Shown here: in pieces, positions 36,349 to 46,773 of the stretch | Layout of the letters: each line of letters opens with the position of its first letter | How positions within the stretch are numbered: position 1 is the first letter of the stretch | Virus record (IMG/VR): IMGVR_UViG_3300022923_000005 | Coordinates: 1 to 64,000 of that record | From: a virus | Taxonomy: Duplodnaviria; Caudoviricetes | Direction: 5' to 3' (one strand) | Length of the DNA: 64,000 nucleotides | Position numbers and translations under genes: made by a program | Notes under the pieces: model-generated | Databases searched by the model: none | Told to the model about the DNA's origin: nothing | The model's input: only the letters and a program-made list of their open reading frames with translations

Positions 36349-37938
36349 TCAAAAACCGCCAGATACGAATATCGGCAATGGATACTCGTCGTCAGTCATT
36401 CTCTCCGTCATTTTTTCATATATTTTTGGATCCCAGTTTGCTAATTGATCTGCCATACGCATAATTAGCAATACTGCTGATACTAGATCGTCGTGTTCGC
36501 CTGTTTTTGCATTGTAACTGACACCTGTTGCTACAAATGTCTTAAGTTCAGATATCAAAGGTTTACTAGATATTGACATTTTGTCTCTTTCCAATGCATT
36601 TTTAAATAAACTACACGCTGTAATTTTAGTCTTGTGTGTAGTATTAAATCCTTTTCTATAACGCCTTACGTGTCCTTTTCTAATAGGTTCACTTAAAAAT
36701 AATCCATTAAAGTTTTCTTCGCCAATGTCAGTAATAACAACAAGTGCTGCTTCACCTATTGTGTTATTTTCTACACTATAGTAAACAGTAGGATTAGGAT
36801 TGCCGCCTGCAATTTGTTCGTTAGTAATATATTTTAAAATATCTTGAAGCACTCTAATCTGTTGTTGTACAGGAGTCAAATTATGTCGCCATTCGCCAAC
36901 TTGTTTCATTGCTGGCATTTCAAATATTTGTATTGCAGCGTAGTCACCGCCTGTACCTAAACTAGGATCAAGTGCAATTAAGTGTGTTGCTTTAGGATTA
37001 ATTTTACTATACCAACGTGTTTGTCCTGTATTAGCAATAGGCTCTTTGCCTTCAAGTGTTGCTAGTTTAACACTGTTAATTAATGTTTCATCAAATATTA
37101 AGAACTCACAATCAAACTCACGACGAAATCTTTCTTCGCCAATCTTTGCACGTTCTTCGTTTGCCCAATCATCATCTCTATCAGGATGTTCTGTCCACGG
37201 AGCAAAGTAAGGATAGAAACCGTTCGTACCTACTTTCTGATCATTGCCGTGTTCGTCAAACTTTTTATTTGCTTCTGCCCAAATCATAGCAAACTGATCT
37301 TCATCTGAGTTTGGTGTGCTTGTAACGATTGCTTTACCACCTGTTGACAGTGTAGGAGAAAGTGCAGTCCAAAACTCTTTGGCTTTCTCTGGCGGTTGCA
37401 CAAATGCAAACTCATCACAATATATTAATGAAAGTGATTTACCACGTCCAGTATCTTCTGTTGTAGTAGTTGCTTGTATTCTACTACCATTATCAAATTC
37501 AATTGTGTTTCTGTTATATGTATAGATACCTGCACGTATAAAGTCTGGTAAAGTTTCGTAACCGAATCTATATCTATTCATAATATCCTGCGCACCTGTA
37601 TATTTGTGTGCAGCAATTAAAACTTGTGATTCAGGTGTAAACATAGTGTACCATAGTAGGTAACCAGCAGCACAAGTTGTTTTACCCATCTGTCTTGGTA
37701 ACATAGCAACACAATATCTATTTTCTGCGTATGCTTGTATTAGTTCTCTTTGAAATCCGTATGGTACAAACTTCATTGATCCTTTTGTAGGGTGTTGAAT
37801 AGTTAAAAAGTTTTCACAGAAATATAATGGTCCTGTAATAGGATCCATACAAGCCTCTAAGTGCTTAACTTCTTCAAGTGTATATTTTTGTTTTTTATGG
37901 GCCTTCTTAATTTGAACGCCATCTAAACTCTTTGCCAT
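36349..37938 (-). CDS. gp17: terminase large subunit
   Basis: PRQMGKT, GRGKS, YCDEFAF, TSTPN, FRREFDCEF, ALDPSLGTGGDY and HDDLV motifs. Confidence 0.97.
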   Translation of the reverse strand: MAKSLDGVQIKKAHKKQKYTLEEVKHLEACMDPITGPLYFCENFLTIQHPTKGSMKFVPYGFQRELIQAYAENRYCVAMLPRQMGKTTCAAGYLLWYTMFTPESQVLIAAHKYTGAQDIMNRYRFGYETLPDFIRAGIYTYNRNTIEFDNGSRIQATTTTEDTGRGKSLSLIYCDEFAFVQPPEKAKEFWTALSPTLSTGGKAIVTSTPNSDEDQFAMIWAEANKKFDEHGNDQKVGTNGFYPYFAPWTEHPDRDDDWANEERAKIGEERFRREFDCEFLIFDETLINSVKLATLEGKEPIANTGQTRWYSKINPKATHLIALDPSLGTGGDYAAIQIFEMPAMKQVGEWRHNLTPVQQQIRVLQDILKYITNEQIAGGNPNPTVYYSVENNTIGEAALVVITDIGEENFNGLFLSEPIRKGHVRRYRKGFNTTHKTKITACSLFKNALERDKMSISSKPLISELKTFVATGVSYNAKTGEHDDLVSAVLLIMRMADQLANWDPKIYEKMTERMTDDEYPLPIFVSGGF

Positions 37939-37956
37939 ACAAGTATTTATAGAAGA

Positions 37957-37980
37957 AAATAGGCTCCGAAGAGCCTATTT
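37957..37980 (-). terminator. intrinsic terminator with C(UUCG)G loop
   Basis: Minus strand AAATAGGCTC-TTCG-GAGCCTATTTT, immediately before the terminase late promoter. Confidence 0.85.
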
Positions 37981-38001
37981 GGATAATATGAAACTTATGA
38001 T

Positions 38002-38430
38002 TTATGCGAAATCAAATGATGTTTTAACTGTTGCAGTTACAGCAGTCATATCGAAGTTGTTGTTTCCGTATGTAGCACCTAGTGCAATACATTCATCTTC
38101 AATTTGTTCTACTAGTGTTTCTGCTCCAGCACCATCATAATCTAATGATGCATTTGATTGTTCAACTGCAAAACACATCTTTTGGTTAGTTGCGTGTAGG
38201 TCGCCTCTGATAACAATTGTACAATACTTACCGATAATTTCGATAAGTGCTTGGATTGCTTCATTAGCACCTGTTTCAGCATTTGCTGCTGCTCCAAAAT
38301 CAACTTCAAAAAATGTTAAATTTTTTCCACCTGGGAAGTCAATAGCAGTAACATCTGCTGCAGGTTTTCTATTTGCTGCAACTAATACTGAGCTACCACC
38401 GCCAATCGTTGATGTTAATAAGTCTGCCAT
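38002..38430 (-). CDS. putative virion structural protein
   Basis: 142-aa Ala/Gly/Thr-rich protein ending a late operon; AAGGAG ribosome-binding site and strong terminator. Confidence 0.6.
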   Translation of the reverse strand: MADLLTSTIGGGSSVLVAANRKPAADVTAIDFPGGKNLTFFEVDFGAAANAETGANEAIQALIEIIGKYCTIVIRGDLHATNQKMCFAVEQSNASLDYDGAGAETLVEQIEDECIALGATYGNNNFDMTAVTATVKTSFDFA

Positions 38431-39173
38431 TATTTTGCTCCTTTAGTTTCTGCTAACGCTTTTTGTAATTCTGCTTTAATAGAAGCACGTAAGTCGTCGC
38501 CTTCTTTTACTTTTTGCATAGGATTGTCTGCACCAGCAACTTTAGGATGTGTTCCTTTTCTGCGGTTCATTCCACCTTGTAATTTTGTCATTTGATAATT
38601 AACGGATCTTTCATCTTCGTCAGGCTCGTTTGCCCACGCTTCTTCTTTATCCTTTTTATCATCATCTTTGTCGTCTTTTTCCATATCGTGATCATCCATA
38701 TCGTGATCGTCATCACCGTCTTTATCTAGTGACTTAATCATTACGTGATCTTTATCGTGGTCTTTAGGAAGATCTTTTTCTCCGCCTGGCATATCATCAT
38801 TGTCGCCGTCGAAGTCTGGAATTAATTTGTTAATTGGTTTAGGCATTGGCCCTTCTGGTTCATCCATCGGTCCGTCCATACCTGGTGCCATAATTGATAA
38901 AGTAGGCATCTCTGGTTTTTCAGGCTGGTTAATCATATCTGGATTAACTTTCGTCATTAACTTTAGCACGTCGTCAATTGCATCGCCTTTAGCAGTAATG
39001 TTTATATTCATTGTTGCTTCTTCTTTTTCTTTTGGCTGCATCATATCTGGTGCGTTCGGTGCCATCATAGGTGGCATCTCGTTCATACCACACTCATCTG
39101 TCTTTGTTTCTACAGGTGTGTTTTGCGCGGTATCAATAGCAGTCATCTTACGTACTAGTTCTTGAAAATCCAT
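38430..39173 (-). CDS. low-complexity acidic protein (possible head/scaffold-associated)
   Basis: Met/Pro/Asp/His-rich with DxDGD motifs. Confidence 0.7.
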   Translation of the reverse strand: MDFQELVRKMTAIDTAQNTPVETKTDECGMNEMPPMMAPNAPDMMQPKEKEEATMNINITAKGDAIDDVLKLMTKVNPDMINQPEKPEMPTLSIMAPGMDGPMDEPEGPMPKPINKLIPDFDGDNDDMPGGEKDLPKDHDKDHVMIKSLDKDGDDDHDMDDHDMEKDDKDDDKKDKEEAWANEPDEDERSVNYQMTKLQGGMNRRKGTHPKVAGADNPMQKVKEGDDLRASIKAELQKALAETKGAK

Positions 39174-39174
39174 A

Positions 39175-39756
39175 TTAGTTACTCCCTACAGGACTTTTTA
39201 CACCTGCGTCATCTTGTTTTAATTTTGGTACGTCTTGGTAAACGTCCGCTTTTAATTTATCGTGCCCCAATTCTTTTGCACGTTCGGCTGCTGTTTTGGA
39301 TAAGTCTTGTAAAAATGACTTATTAAACTCATCACCGAAATAATCTTTGTGTGCTACAGCAATACCTTCTTTGTATTCGTTATCGTGTAACAATGCACCT
39401 TCACGCTTACCGTCAGTTGCTTGATACTCTTCTGATGGACTTAATGCATTACGTGCTACATACATTCCTTCTTTACAACAACCCATTTCAAAAATTTCTT
39501 TTTCAACATCAGTTGGTGTGCAAGGATATTCTGTAACCAATGAAAACGTATGTACTTCACAGTTTGCTAACTGTGGAAAGTCTAGCGGTGTTTCAGTAAC
39601 TGGTGTAGTTTTCAATTGTTCAAATTCAACAATGCCTCTGTTGTCTAGTCTTGACTTCAAATCATCACCAAAGCCTTCAGGAAGCTCTCCAGCAACCTTT
39701 ACTTTGATACTGTATACTTTTTTGCTCTCTGCGAGATATTCTTTAAACGTCTTCAT
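39175..39756 (-). CDS. hypothetical protein with T4 capsid-targeting-like N-terminus
   Basis: Begins MKTFKEYLAE; TAAATA-N5-ATG. Confidence 0.75.
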   Translation of the reverse strand: MKTFKEYLAESKKVYSIKVKVAGELPEGFGDDLKSRLDNRGIVEFEQLKTTPVTETPLDFPQLANCEVHTFSLVTEYPCTPTDVEKEIFEMGCCKEGMYVARNALSPSEEYQATDGKREGALLHDNEYKEGIAVAHKDYFGDEFNKSFLQDLSKTAAERAKELGHDKLKADVYQDVPKLKQDDAGVKSPVGSN

Positions 39757-39764
39757 ATTACTAT

Positions 39765-40277
39765 TTATTCCTTTCCGCCTAATTTCTTAATTAATTCATT
39801 GCGATCTAGCATTACATAGCCAGTTCCATCCACTAATTCATTGGGATCTTCTGGAGAATCGCGGTCAATTTTAAGTTTTTTCAGTTGTAGATCAACTGCT
39901 TTAAGTTTTTTATCAACTTTAGCGGTTTTTGCATCAATAGCATTCTTTAACATACTACCTGCTACTTCAAATATACGTCCGCTATAACGTACTTCTACAT
40001 TCATACCCAAATCCATAAGATCGTCATATGCTTGTTCTGCTTTACTTGCAAGATGATCCAATTCACCTTCGCCCATTGCGTCTAGTTCACGCATTTGTGG
40101 CAAGTCCTTAGTAACTTGTGCAATTGCTTTGTAAGAAGCATCTACACTTTTGATTTCTTCTTGTGCTACTTCAGGATCAATTGCTTTAGTTTCTACAGGT
40201 GCTTCTTCAGTTGCAATTTGTTCTTCTGCAACTTTTTGATCTTCCATATTAAATAATTCTTCTAACTTTTTGGTCAT
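39765..40277 (-). CDS. putative terminase small subunit (gp16-like)
   Basis: RIFEVAGSMLK...KK...DLQLKK helical motif, size and proximity to gp17. Confidence 0.5.
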   Translation of the reverse strand: MTKKLEELFNMEDQKVAEEQIATEEAPVETKAIDPEVAQEEIKSVDASYKAIAQVTKDLPQMRELDAMGEGELDHLASKAEQAYDDLMDLGMNVEVRYSGRIFEVAGSMLKNAIDAKTAKVDKKLKAVDLQLKKLKIDRDSPEDPNELVDGTGYVMLDRNELIKKLGGKE

Positions 40278-40303
40278 ATTGTTTTACCATATTATAATAG
40301 TAT

Positions 40304-40744
40304 TTATTTGCGCTTGGCACCTTGATGAAATATTTCTTCTTCACTAACTATGCGGAATCTAACACGCTTTTGCTTACACCAAGCAGCAGCAGCCTCCCAT
40401 TTGGCCATATTTTTTATATATTGTTCTTGGTTAAATCTGCTTTTACCTACTTTTTCACGCAACGTTTGATTCTTAGGTTTTACTTCAATTACTTCTGCGT
40501 GTTGCTTACCATTCTTATCATTATAAACAATAAAGAAGTCCGGGACATAAATTGAATACTTTCCTGTCAACGGATCTTTGTATGGTATCTTAATACTTTC
40601 ACTTGCCCACTGTGCTACACTTGGATGTTCGTCTAACATACGCATAAAAACAGTTTCCCAACTGCTTCTTGCAAGTGGACTTTTTGTACCTACATACTTT
40701 GCAGGATTTTTAACTACGTAGCGACCCTGTGCAAACTTTGCCAT
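40304..40744 (-). CDS. gp4: head completion nuclease (T4 gp4, TnsA-like)
   Basis: NPAKYVG, RSSWE, WASE, YVPDF, EVKP and KWEAA motifs. Confidence 0.9.
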   Translation of the reverse strand: MAKFAQGRYVVKNPAKYVGTKSPLARSSWETVFMRMLDEHPSVAQWASESIKIPYKDPLTGKYSIYVPDFFIVYNDKNGKQHAEVIEVKPKNQTLREKVGKSRFNQEQYIKNMAKWEAAAAWCKQKRVRFRIVSEEEIFHQGAKRK

Positions 40745-41122
40745 TTACACAACCACATTACGTTCTTTACTTACATCTGGTGTAGTTTGTCTATAACCAA
40801 GTGTTGAAGTTGACGGTCTATGATTATTCATAATCTCGCCTACTAATGCAGATACTTGTAGTTCTTGTAAACCAGATAATGTATCTAATAATTCATTAAT
40901 TGGAATGTTTTCTAGTTTTGCTTGTTTAAGTAAAACCGCTGCTGATAAATTTGCAGCAGGATCAGTAAATCCTTTTTTTCTAAAAAAGTTAATAGCAGCA
41001 TCAATGTCTGGAACTTTATAAGATAAAGGTTCTTTACCATATGTGTCAAAGAATAATTTAGTTCTTGCTCCACTATCTTGTACTATTTTTTGTGGTAAGT
41101 TAGTTTGTACTTCGCCTGCCAT
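40745..41122 (-). CDS. hypothetical protein
   Basis: 125-aa ORF in the tail/head operon. Confidence 0.75.
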   Translation of the reverse strand: MAGEVQTNLPQKIVQDSGARTKLFFDTYGKEPLSYKVPDIDAAINFFRKKGFTDPAANLSAAVLLKQAKLENIPINELLDTLSGLQELQVSALVGEIMNNHRPSTSTLGYRQTTPDVSKERNVVV

Positions 41123-41123
41123 A

Positions 41124-42233
41124 TTATGTTCCTATATCCTGTCTACCTACTCCACTACCGCCTAATACTTTTTTTGGTGATGCAGTTGTAGTTCCTTTTG
41201 TGTTTGTATTCTTAGGAAACACTGCTCCTACTACACCATTAATTGTATTTGCAACAGTCTGTTGGCCTGCTGGACTAGTTAAAATATTAATACCTTCTTG
41301 TAAGATACTGTCCTTGCTTAAACCTTTTGCATTCTTGTAAGTGTTAATTGCTGATACTGCTGTGCTTAAGAAACCTTGTGGTGAACTAAATGCACTACCA
41401 TCACCAACAGCACCAAATACTGATTCTAATCCGTCAAGTACGCCACCGCTGCCGAGTAAGTTACTTACTCCGCCACCGCCCATTTGCAATGGACCTGGTG
41501 TAGTATCATAATGTAAAGTTGCAAAGCCTTTAGGCGAACCTTCACTAACAGTACCTGCTGAATATCTCACTGCTTCATATTGCAGTTGCATTGTACTTTC
41601 TGCAGGTTCACTTCCTGCCTGATAATCAAAGTCACCGTGTTGCCAAGATGTAATTCTTGGATTAATTAATTCGTAGCCAATAAATCTTCTACGACCCATT
41701 GTGTAGATTTGCACACTCTTAAATAATGGTGTGGTAATATTATTATCTAAACCATATCTATACTGGTCCATATTAGTATCAGTAACACGATAATGATTAA
41801 AGTCAAATGCAGAGTTAGGTAAGTTTCTATCTGCAACATAGTATCCGTAATACAATGCCCAAAGTGCATTTACTACACCTTGATTATCATCGTGGAATGT
41901 AAACTGTACAGGATCATAATTAATCATCTTATAGATAATTTTCTTTCTATTATACTGATTCAAAACTTCTGTATCAAATTTAAAACTAGGTAAGTTGATA
42001 TTTTTAACTAACAATCCAACTTCTTCTGCGTGTTTAGCAGTAAAGTTAGGTGCTTTATGTGCTGAAGGATCTAATTCAACTCTTACGTAGTAGTTGTATT
42101 TGTGTTTAGGAGAAAGTCTAAAATTATCATCAATAAACAATCTAGTAGCGTGTGTATAGTTCGCTACTCTACCTTTAGGATTTGACAGTCCTGTGAACAC
42201 ATCTGTTAGAAATCTTGTAAACTTGTTGGCCAT
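41124..42233 (-). CDS. tail-tube-like baseplate junction protein (gp54/gp48-like)
   Basis: VKNINLPSF...NQYNRK...YDPV.FTFHDD tube-fold pattern; adjacent to the tube gene. Confidence 0.6.
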   Translation of the reverse strand: MANKFTRFLTDVFTGLSNPKGRVANYTHATRLFIDDNFRLSPKHKYNYYVRVELDPSAHKAPNFTAKHAEEVGLLVKNINLPSFKFDTEVLNQYNRKKIIYKMINYDPVQFTFHDDNQGVVNALWALYYGYYVADRNLPNSAFDFNHYRVTDTNMDQYRYGLDNNITTPLFKSVQIYTMGRRRFIGYELINPRITSWQHGDFDYQAGSEPAESTMQLQYEAVRYSAGTVSEGSPKGFATLHYDTTPGPLQMGGGGVSNLLGSGGVLDGLESVFGAVGDGSAFSSPQGFLSTAVSAINTYKNAKGLSKDSILQEGINILTSPAGQQTVANTINGVVGAVFPKNTNTKGTTTASPKKVLGGSGVGRQDIGT

Positions 42234-42250
42234 ACTATTATTTAGCCATA

Positions 42251-42280
42251 AAAAAAGCCCGGAAAAATATCCGGGCTTTT
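42251..42280 (-). terminator. intrinsic terminator after the tail tube gene
   Basis: AAAAGCCCGGA / TCCGGGCTTTT inverted repeat with a T-tract on the minus strand. Confidence 0.8.
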
Positions 42281-42302
42281 AGTGTTTTTAATAAAACTAG
42301 TA

Positions 42303-42947
42303 TTAAGCGCCTTGAGCTGCTGTAGCACCAGTAGTAGTGTTGCCGAGTGTTCTTTCGACAGTAGCACCAATACCAACACCAACGCCTTGCTCGCCTGCAC
42401 CCCATTGTACCATATTATCAAAGCGTATAGTTAGTGCAACTTGCATCGCTTCGTTAGTACCATAGTTTGCATCGCCGTAATCAACGTTAGTTAGGAAACA
42501 ACCGTACATATTTTGTGTTTCAAGCACGTTAACGCCTGCTGCGTTATTTCCGTTACCACCGTCTAATACTTCAATCTTAGTTGTAAATTTGTAGTCAATA
42601 CCAGATCTTGCAGAAGCCTGTTCAACGAAGTCGAACTGTTTCTGTACCTGTTGACCGACAAGTTTTTGTACCTCGCCAGTCGCATCGTCACGTAAGTTAA
42701 GCGATAATGTTTCAAATGTGTACTTACCTGCTAGGTATACTTTTGAGTTGTATACGTCTAACGGCATTTCTTCAAAACCAACTTTTGGTCTTGAAACATC
42801 AACAACTTGCTTAGTAAGTTCTGTGGCAGCATTTACTCCGAATCCAAGTAAAGTAACGCGAAAGCGATACTTTAACTTTGGCATCAAGAGCACTTGGTTG
42901 CCTGCGTCTGTTGGTACCCCAAAGTTATTAAGTGATGTAATAGGCAT
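42303..42947 (-). CDS. gp19: tail tube protein
   Basis: PKLKYRFRV...RP...YLAGK...LRDD...LTIRFD pattern; directly follows the sheath gene. Confidence 0.88.
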   Translation of the reverse strand: MPITSLNNFGVPTDAGNQVLLMPKLKYRFRVTLLGFGVNAATELTKQVVDVSRPKVGFEEMPLDVYNSKVYLAGKYTFETLSLNLRDDATGEVQKLVGQQVQKQFDFVEQASARSGIDYKFTTKIEVLDGGNGNNAAGVNVLETQNMYGCFLTNVDYGDANYGTNEAMQVALTIRFDNMVQWGAGEQGVGVGIGATVERTLGNTTTGATAAQGA

Positions 42948-45900
42948 TATATTTCTCCTGTGTTCTTGACACGCAATGGAATGTAAATGAACTCAATAGC
43001 CTTAACAGGTTCAATAGCAATGTCTACATAAAGTTCATTTCTATCAATCCTTGCTGGCGTATTGTTTGTTTCATCACAAACAACAGCGAAATCATAAAGA
43101 GCTCTTAAGCCAACTAACTCAAGTAGTAAACTTTCTACTGCTTGTTTGACTTCGTCTCTAGTGATTTTATCATTTGGTTCAAAGATATACGGACGAGCCA
43201 ATTTATTAAGTTGACTACGTAAGTATACTACCAATCTTGCAACGTTAATTCTGTCTAACGCGGATGCATTTCTGCCTCTTGTCTTCTGACCGTAGTTAAC
43301 TAATCCAACACCATTAAAGAATGTAATTGGGTTAATCTTTTGATCATATAACGTATCACGCTGTCCTTCGTTAAGTGCAACTGTTTGGAATTCGCCTGTC
43401 GCTGCATCAATAAATCCTACTGCTGTAGCATTGCTAATTCCACCACGTCTTGTACCTGCTGGTGCAAACCACGGAAACGATACTTGATCGCTTAGTGCAA
43501 TAGTTCTTAGCATCATATGTGAGCTAGGAACAACTGCGTTTGCTCCGCCTAGGTCTGTTGTAAATCCATTTGGATAAAATACTGCCATATACTCATCGTA
43601 TGTAACAATACCGTTATCGTTGTTGTCTACAACTAGTTCTGCATTAGAACCATAGTTTGTTAGTGATGTAGCATCTGCTGGTAATCTAAATGGTGTGTCA
43701 CCAACTACAAATGCTGTTAAGCCTCTGTCAATGTTTAAGTTAACAAGGTTGCTCATTGTTTCTGTGTAACCTGGACAAGCAATTAAGTTAAAGTTACGTC
43801 TTTCTTCGTCTCTAATCTCATCACTTGTGTCAATTGCAGATTTCAATGCTTGTGTAACAACCATACGCTGTGCTTTTCTACCAAATGATCCGCTACCATC
43901 TTCTTGGTTGCCTGACTCAGTAGTCCATCTGTCTGTTGCGTAGTTTGTCATTGACTCACTGTTGTTAAATCTTTCATTATCAGCAGTTGTGTCAATGTAA
44001 TTGTTGTTGTACTTCTTAACGTTACCACCACTTCTACGTAAGTTCCATAACAACATACCCTGCGGATAAAGTGCAGGATCTGGAGCATCTGGATCTAAGT
44101 AGTCGCTTGTAAGTAAGTCTTTGATTTCTGCTGCTGTGTTACCAGTAGCACCTGATAAACCAAAACGTGCATCTGCAAACAGTACACCTTCTTCTGTAGT
44201 TTGATCAGTTTTATCAATTTGTACCCAAGCAAGTGTAGTTCCGTTCCATCTGTAAATAGTTGGGAAGTTCTCTAAATCTGCTGTGCTAATCCAAAGATCA
44301 CCATCTACTAGTGCAGTACCATCTGATTGTCCAGTAGTTGCACTTGGCTCAGTTGCTGAAACAATTGGGCCATTTGGTGAAGTTGTAGCATAAACATTTT
44401 GATATCCAACCCAAGTAGTACCATTGTGTACCATAATGTCAACTTCGCTAAACTCTGGATTGTACCAAAGTTGTCCGTCTGCTGGTTCATTTTCTGGATT
44501 GTCTGAACTTGCTTTAAAGTCACTTGCTGCTAGTGGCTGCCATAAACTTGCTACAAAGTCATCATCACTTCCTGCTGGTGCAGCATATAAGTTTGCTGTG
44601 CCTGCTAAAGTGTTAATGTTGTATGCTGGGAAAGCCGCTGCAATTGGTGTGTTAGCACCGTCTTTTAATCTAAAGTCTCCACCTAATTTGTGGAAAATTT
44701 GTACTTCGTTATCAGTTGTTACTGCTGCTTCAATGTTAGTAAAGCCTGCACTGTTAACTGCGTCAGCAAGTAAGTCTGCGTCTGTAGTTGCACCAGTTGC
44801 TGTAAACGACACACTAATTGCCGTTGCTAAACTTGCGCTTCCTTTTACACTTTCTGAAATTTCTACAGTGTTTATACCTGAAGTAAATGTAGATGATGTA
44901 ATTTCGCTTGACTTAATAATAGTGTTGCCAGTTCCTGCTCTGCGCCACATTCTAAATGTTGCAGTTGATGGAGTAGCATCAAAACCACTATGTTCGTTGC
45001 TGTTTGATTGTACAAAAATTGCATCAGTAGCAATGTTCGTGCCGCCGCCGCTTCTGTCTAACCAATATATAGCCTCGTGTCCTGTTCCGTAAATTGGACT
45101 GTTAACTGCGTTCCAAGTTGTTGTTGCAGATGACCAGTTATAAACTCTCCATCTTGCACCATTGTTAGGTTCAGTTGTTTTTAACCAAACACTTCCTGTT
45201 GGTCTTGGAGCACTGTCGCCTGTTTTCCATTGTGGAACAGTTGTATGTGCGCTTTGCTGTAATGCAGGTGAGTAATAAGTTCCTTTTGCAATACCTAATG
45301 TAGCAAAGTCAATTGCTGGACTTGTACTTGCATCATCAATAACAATTGCTTGTGTTAATGTTGAGTCTGCATTGTTAGCATCTTGCTCTTTGCCTTGTGC
45401 GTAAAGGTAAAGTTTACCACTTACGTTTCTAGCATAGATACCTTGTGTTCTGCTAATCTGTCCGTTAATTGCTGTTACTAAATCGTCAAGTGTGCCAGTT
45501 ACTTCAAAGTCTGTGCTGTTGATGCTGAACTTACCACTTGATGCAGTAAATGTGCCACCTGTAATTGTTGGGTGACTTGCAGTCCAATCATTACTACCAA
45601 CAAGTACCCAAGTACCTGCTGTTGGAGAAACACCATTACCAGCGGATTTGTAATACACTCTTGCTGTTTCTTTACTTGCAGTAAATGTTCCTGAACCGTC
45701 TACTGTTTCAAAAACGATTGCATAATCTCCGATAGCACCTACTGAACCTTTAGGTAATCCTGTACCGGAATCAATTTTAGTTGTATCTGTATCAGTTAAA
45801 ACAATTGGAGTCTTGTTAGTAAATTTTTGGCCGCCTGTTGTTGTTATTGCAGCGCCATTCCATTCCTGGATACCCCAAGTTGTTCCTCTAGTATCAACCC

Positions 45901-46306
45901 ACCAAGTACCATCATTTGGATTCGCTCCCGGAGCATCCGCTGTACCTGCCAGTTGACCTAAGTCTACGTTAGCTCTAGTAATAAATGCTGCGTTGCTTAC
46001 GCCTAGCAATGAATATGCTGCTAACAAACCATATTCGTTCAATTCACTTCCGTGAATTGGAGTATTACTTGCTGTCTTTTCAAAGTTTGGAACTCCAAAA
46101 AGATCTACTAATTCTTTCTGTGATGTTACCTTAAATGCTTTTCCAGCATTTGCGGCTGTTGTCGCTGAAGCAGTTCCTGTGCCAGCAGCGTTAATTTTAT
46201 CTTGGGCTGTTGCAACTACGATAAGAGGAGTAGTACCCGGTTCAGCGGGGGTGTAAAAACTCTCATCTATTACGGTTACTTCAACGCCTGGTGATTGTAG
46301 TGCCAT
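42947..46306 (-). CDS. gp18: tail sheath protein (1119 aa)
   Basis: SPGVEV..IDES N-terminus; WFAPAGTRRG, INPI, GQKT, LDRINVARL, FEPND and KAIEFIYI C-terminus. Confidence 0.96.
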   Translation of the reverse strand: MALQSPGVEVTVIDESFYTPAEPGTTPLIVVATAQDKINAAGTGTASATTAANAGKAFKVTSQKELVDLFGVPNFEKTASNTPIHGSELNEYGLLAAYSLLGVSNAAFITRANVDLGQLAGTADAPGANPNDGTWWVDTRGTTWGIQEWNGAAITTTGGQKFTNKTPIVLTDTDTTKIDSGTGLPKGSVGAIGDYAIVFETVDGSGTFTASKETARVYYKSAGNGVSPTAGTWVLVGSNDWTASHPTITGGTFTASSGKFSINSTDFEVTGTLDDLVTAINGQISRTQGIYARNVSGKLYLYAQGKEQDANNADSTLTQAIVIDDASTSPAIDFATLGIAKGTYYSPALQQSAHTTVPQWKTGDSAPRPTGSVWLKTTEPNNGARWRVYNWSSATTTWNAVNSPIYGTGHEAIYWLDRSGGGTNIATDAIFVQSNSNEHSGFDATPSTATFRMWRRAGTGNTIIKSSEITSSTFTSGINTVEISESVKGSASLATAISVSFTATGATTDADLLADAVNSAGFTNIEAAVTTDNEVQIFHKLGGDFRLKDGANTPIAAAFPAYNINTLAGTANLYAAPAGSDDDFVASLWQPLAASDFKASSDNPENEPADGQLWYNPEFSEVDIMVHNGTTWVGYQNVYATTSPNGPIVSATEPSATTGQSDGTALVDGDLWISTADLENFPTIYRWNGTTLAWVQIDKTDQTTEEGVLFADARFGLSGATGNTAAEIKDLLTSDYLDPDAPDPALYPQGMLLWNLRRSGGNVKKYNNNYIDTTADNERFNNSESMTNYATDRWTTESGNQEDGSGSFGRKAQRMVVTQALKSAIDTSDEIRDEERRNFNLIACPGYTETMSNLVNLNIDRGLTAFVVGDTPFRLPADATSLTNYGSNAELVVDNNDNGIVTYDEYMAVFYPNGFTTDLGGANAVVPSSHMMLRTIALSDQVSFPWFAPAGTRRGGISNATAVGFIDAATGEFQTVALNEGQRDTLYDQKINPITFFNGVGLVNYGQKTRGRNASALDRINVARLVVYLRSQLNKLARPYIFEPNDKITRDEVKQAVESLLLELVGLRALYDFAVVCDETNNTPARIDRNELYVDIAIEPVKAIEFIYIPLRVKNTGEI

Positions 46307-46437
46307 TCCTGTTTCTCCTGGTAATGTAAAAGTATATTGTTATACCTAATCTGTATTACTAATGTATTTAGTAGGATTATCAAAAAAGTGCTGTTTATAC
46401 CGTAAGAAAAAGGGGTCTAAAAGGTGTAAATATATGT

Positions 46438-46773
46438 ATGAGACCACTATGTAAGTGCGGATTAAGACCCCGTGCAGTTAACTATAAGAAGCAAGGTAAG
46501 ACATATTACAGGAGTTTGTGTGAGGCTTGCAGTAAACACGGACTGTATCACGGTGTGCCTAGATGGCAACGTGCAGGATACAAAATTAAAAAACAGTGTG
46601 ATAAATGCGGCTTTCGATCACCACACAAAGAAGTATTCAGAGTATTTCACGTAGATGAAAACCTTGATAATTGCAGACCGCAAAATCTAAAAACTGTATG
46701 TGCTAATTGTAGGAGCGTGTTATCTAAAGAAAATATACGCTGGAAACAGGGTGACTTAGTGGCTGACTACTAG
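46438..46773 (+). CDS. HNH-family zinc-binding protein
   Basis: Several CxxC pairs and FHVDENLDN...NL..VCANC. Confidence 0.7.
   Translation: MRPLCKCGLRPRAVNYKKQGKTYYRSLCEACSKHGLYHGVPRWQRAGYKIKKQCDKCGFRSPHKEVFRVFHVDENLDNCRPQNLKTVCANCRSVLSKENIRWKQGDLVADY

Noticed and set aside
44424-45092. 222-aa plus-strand ORF and similar long antisense ORFs (34827..35321, 53899..54381)
   Set aside because: Antisense shadows of highly biased structural genes.
46438-46773. HNH gene as a mobile homing endonuclease
   Set aside because: Short, has its own late promoter, and shows no intron or insertion signature; kept as an ordinary CDS.
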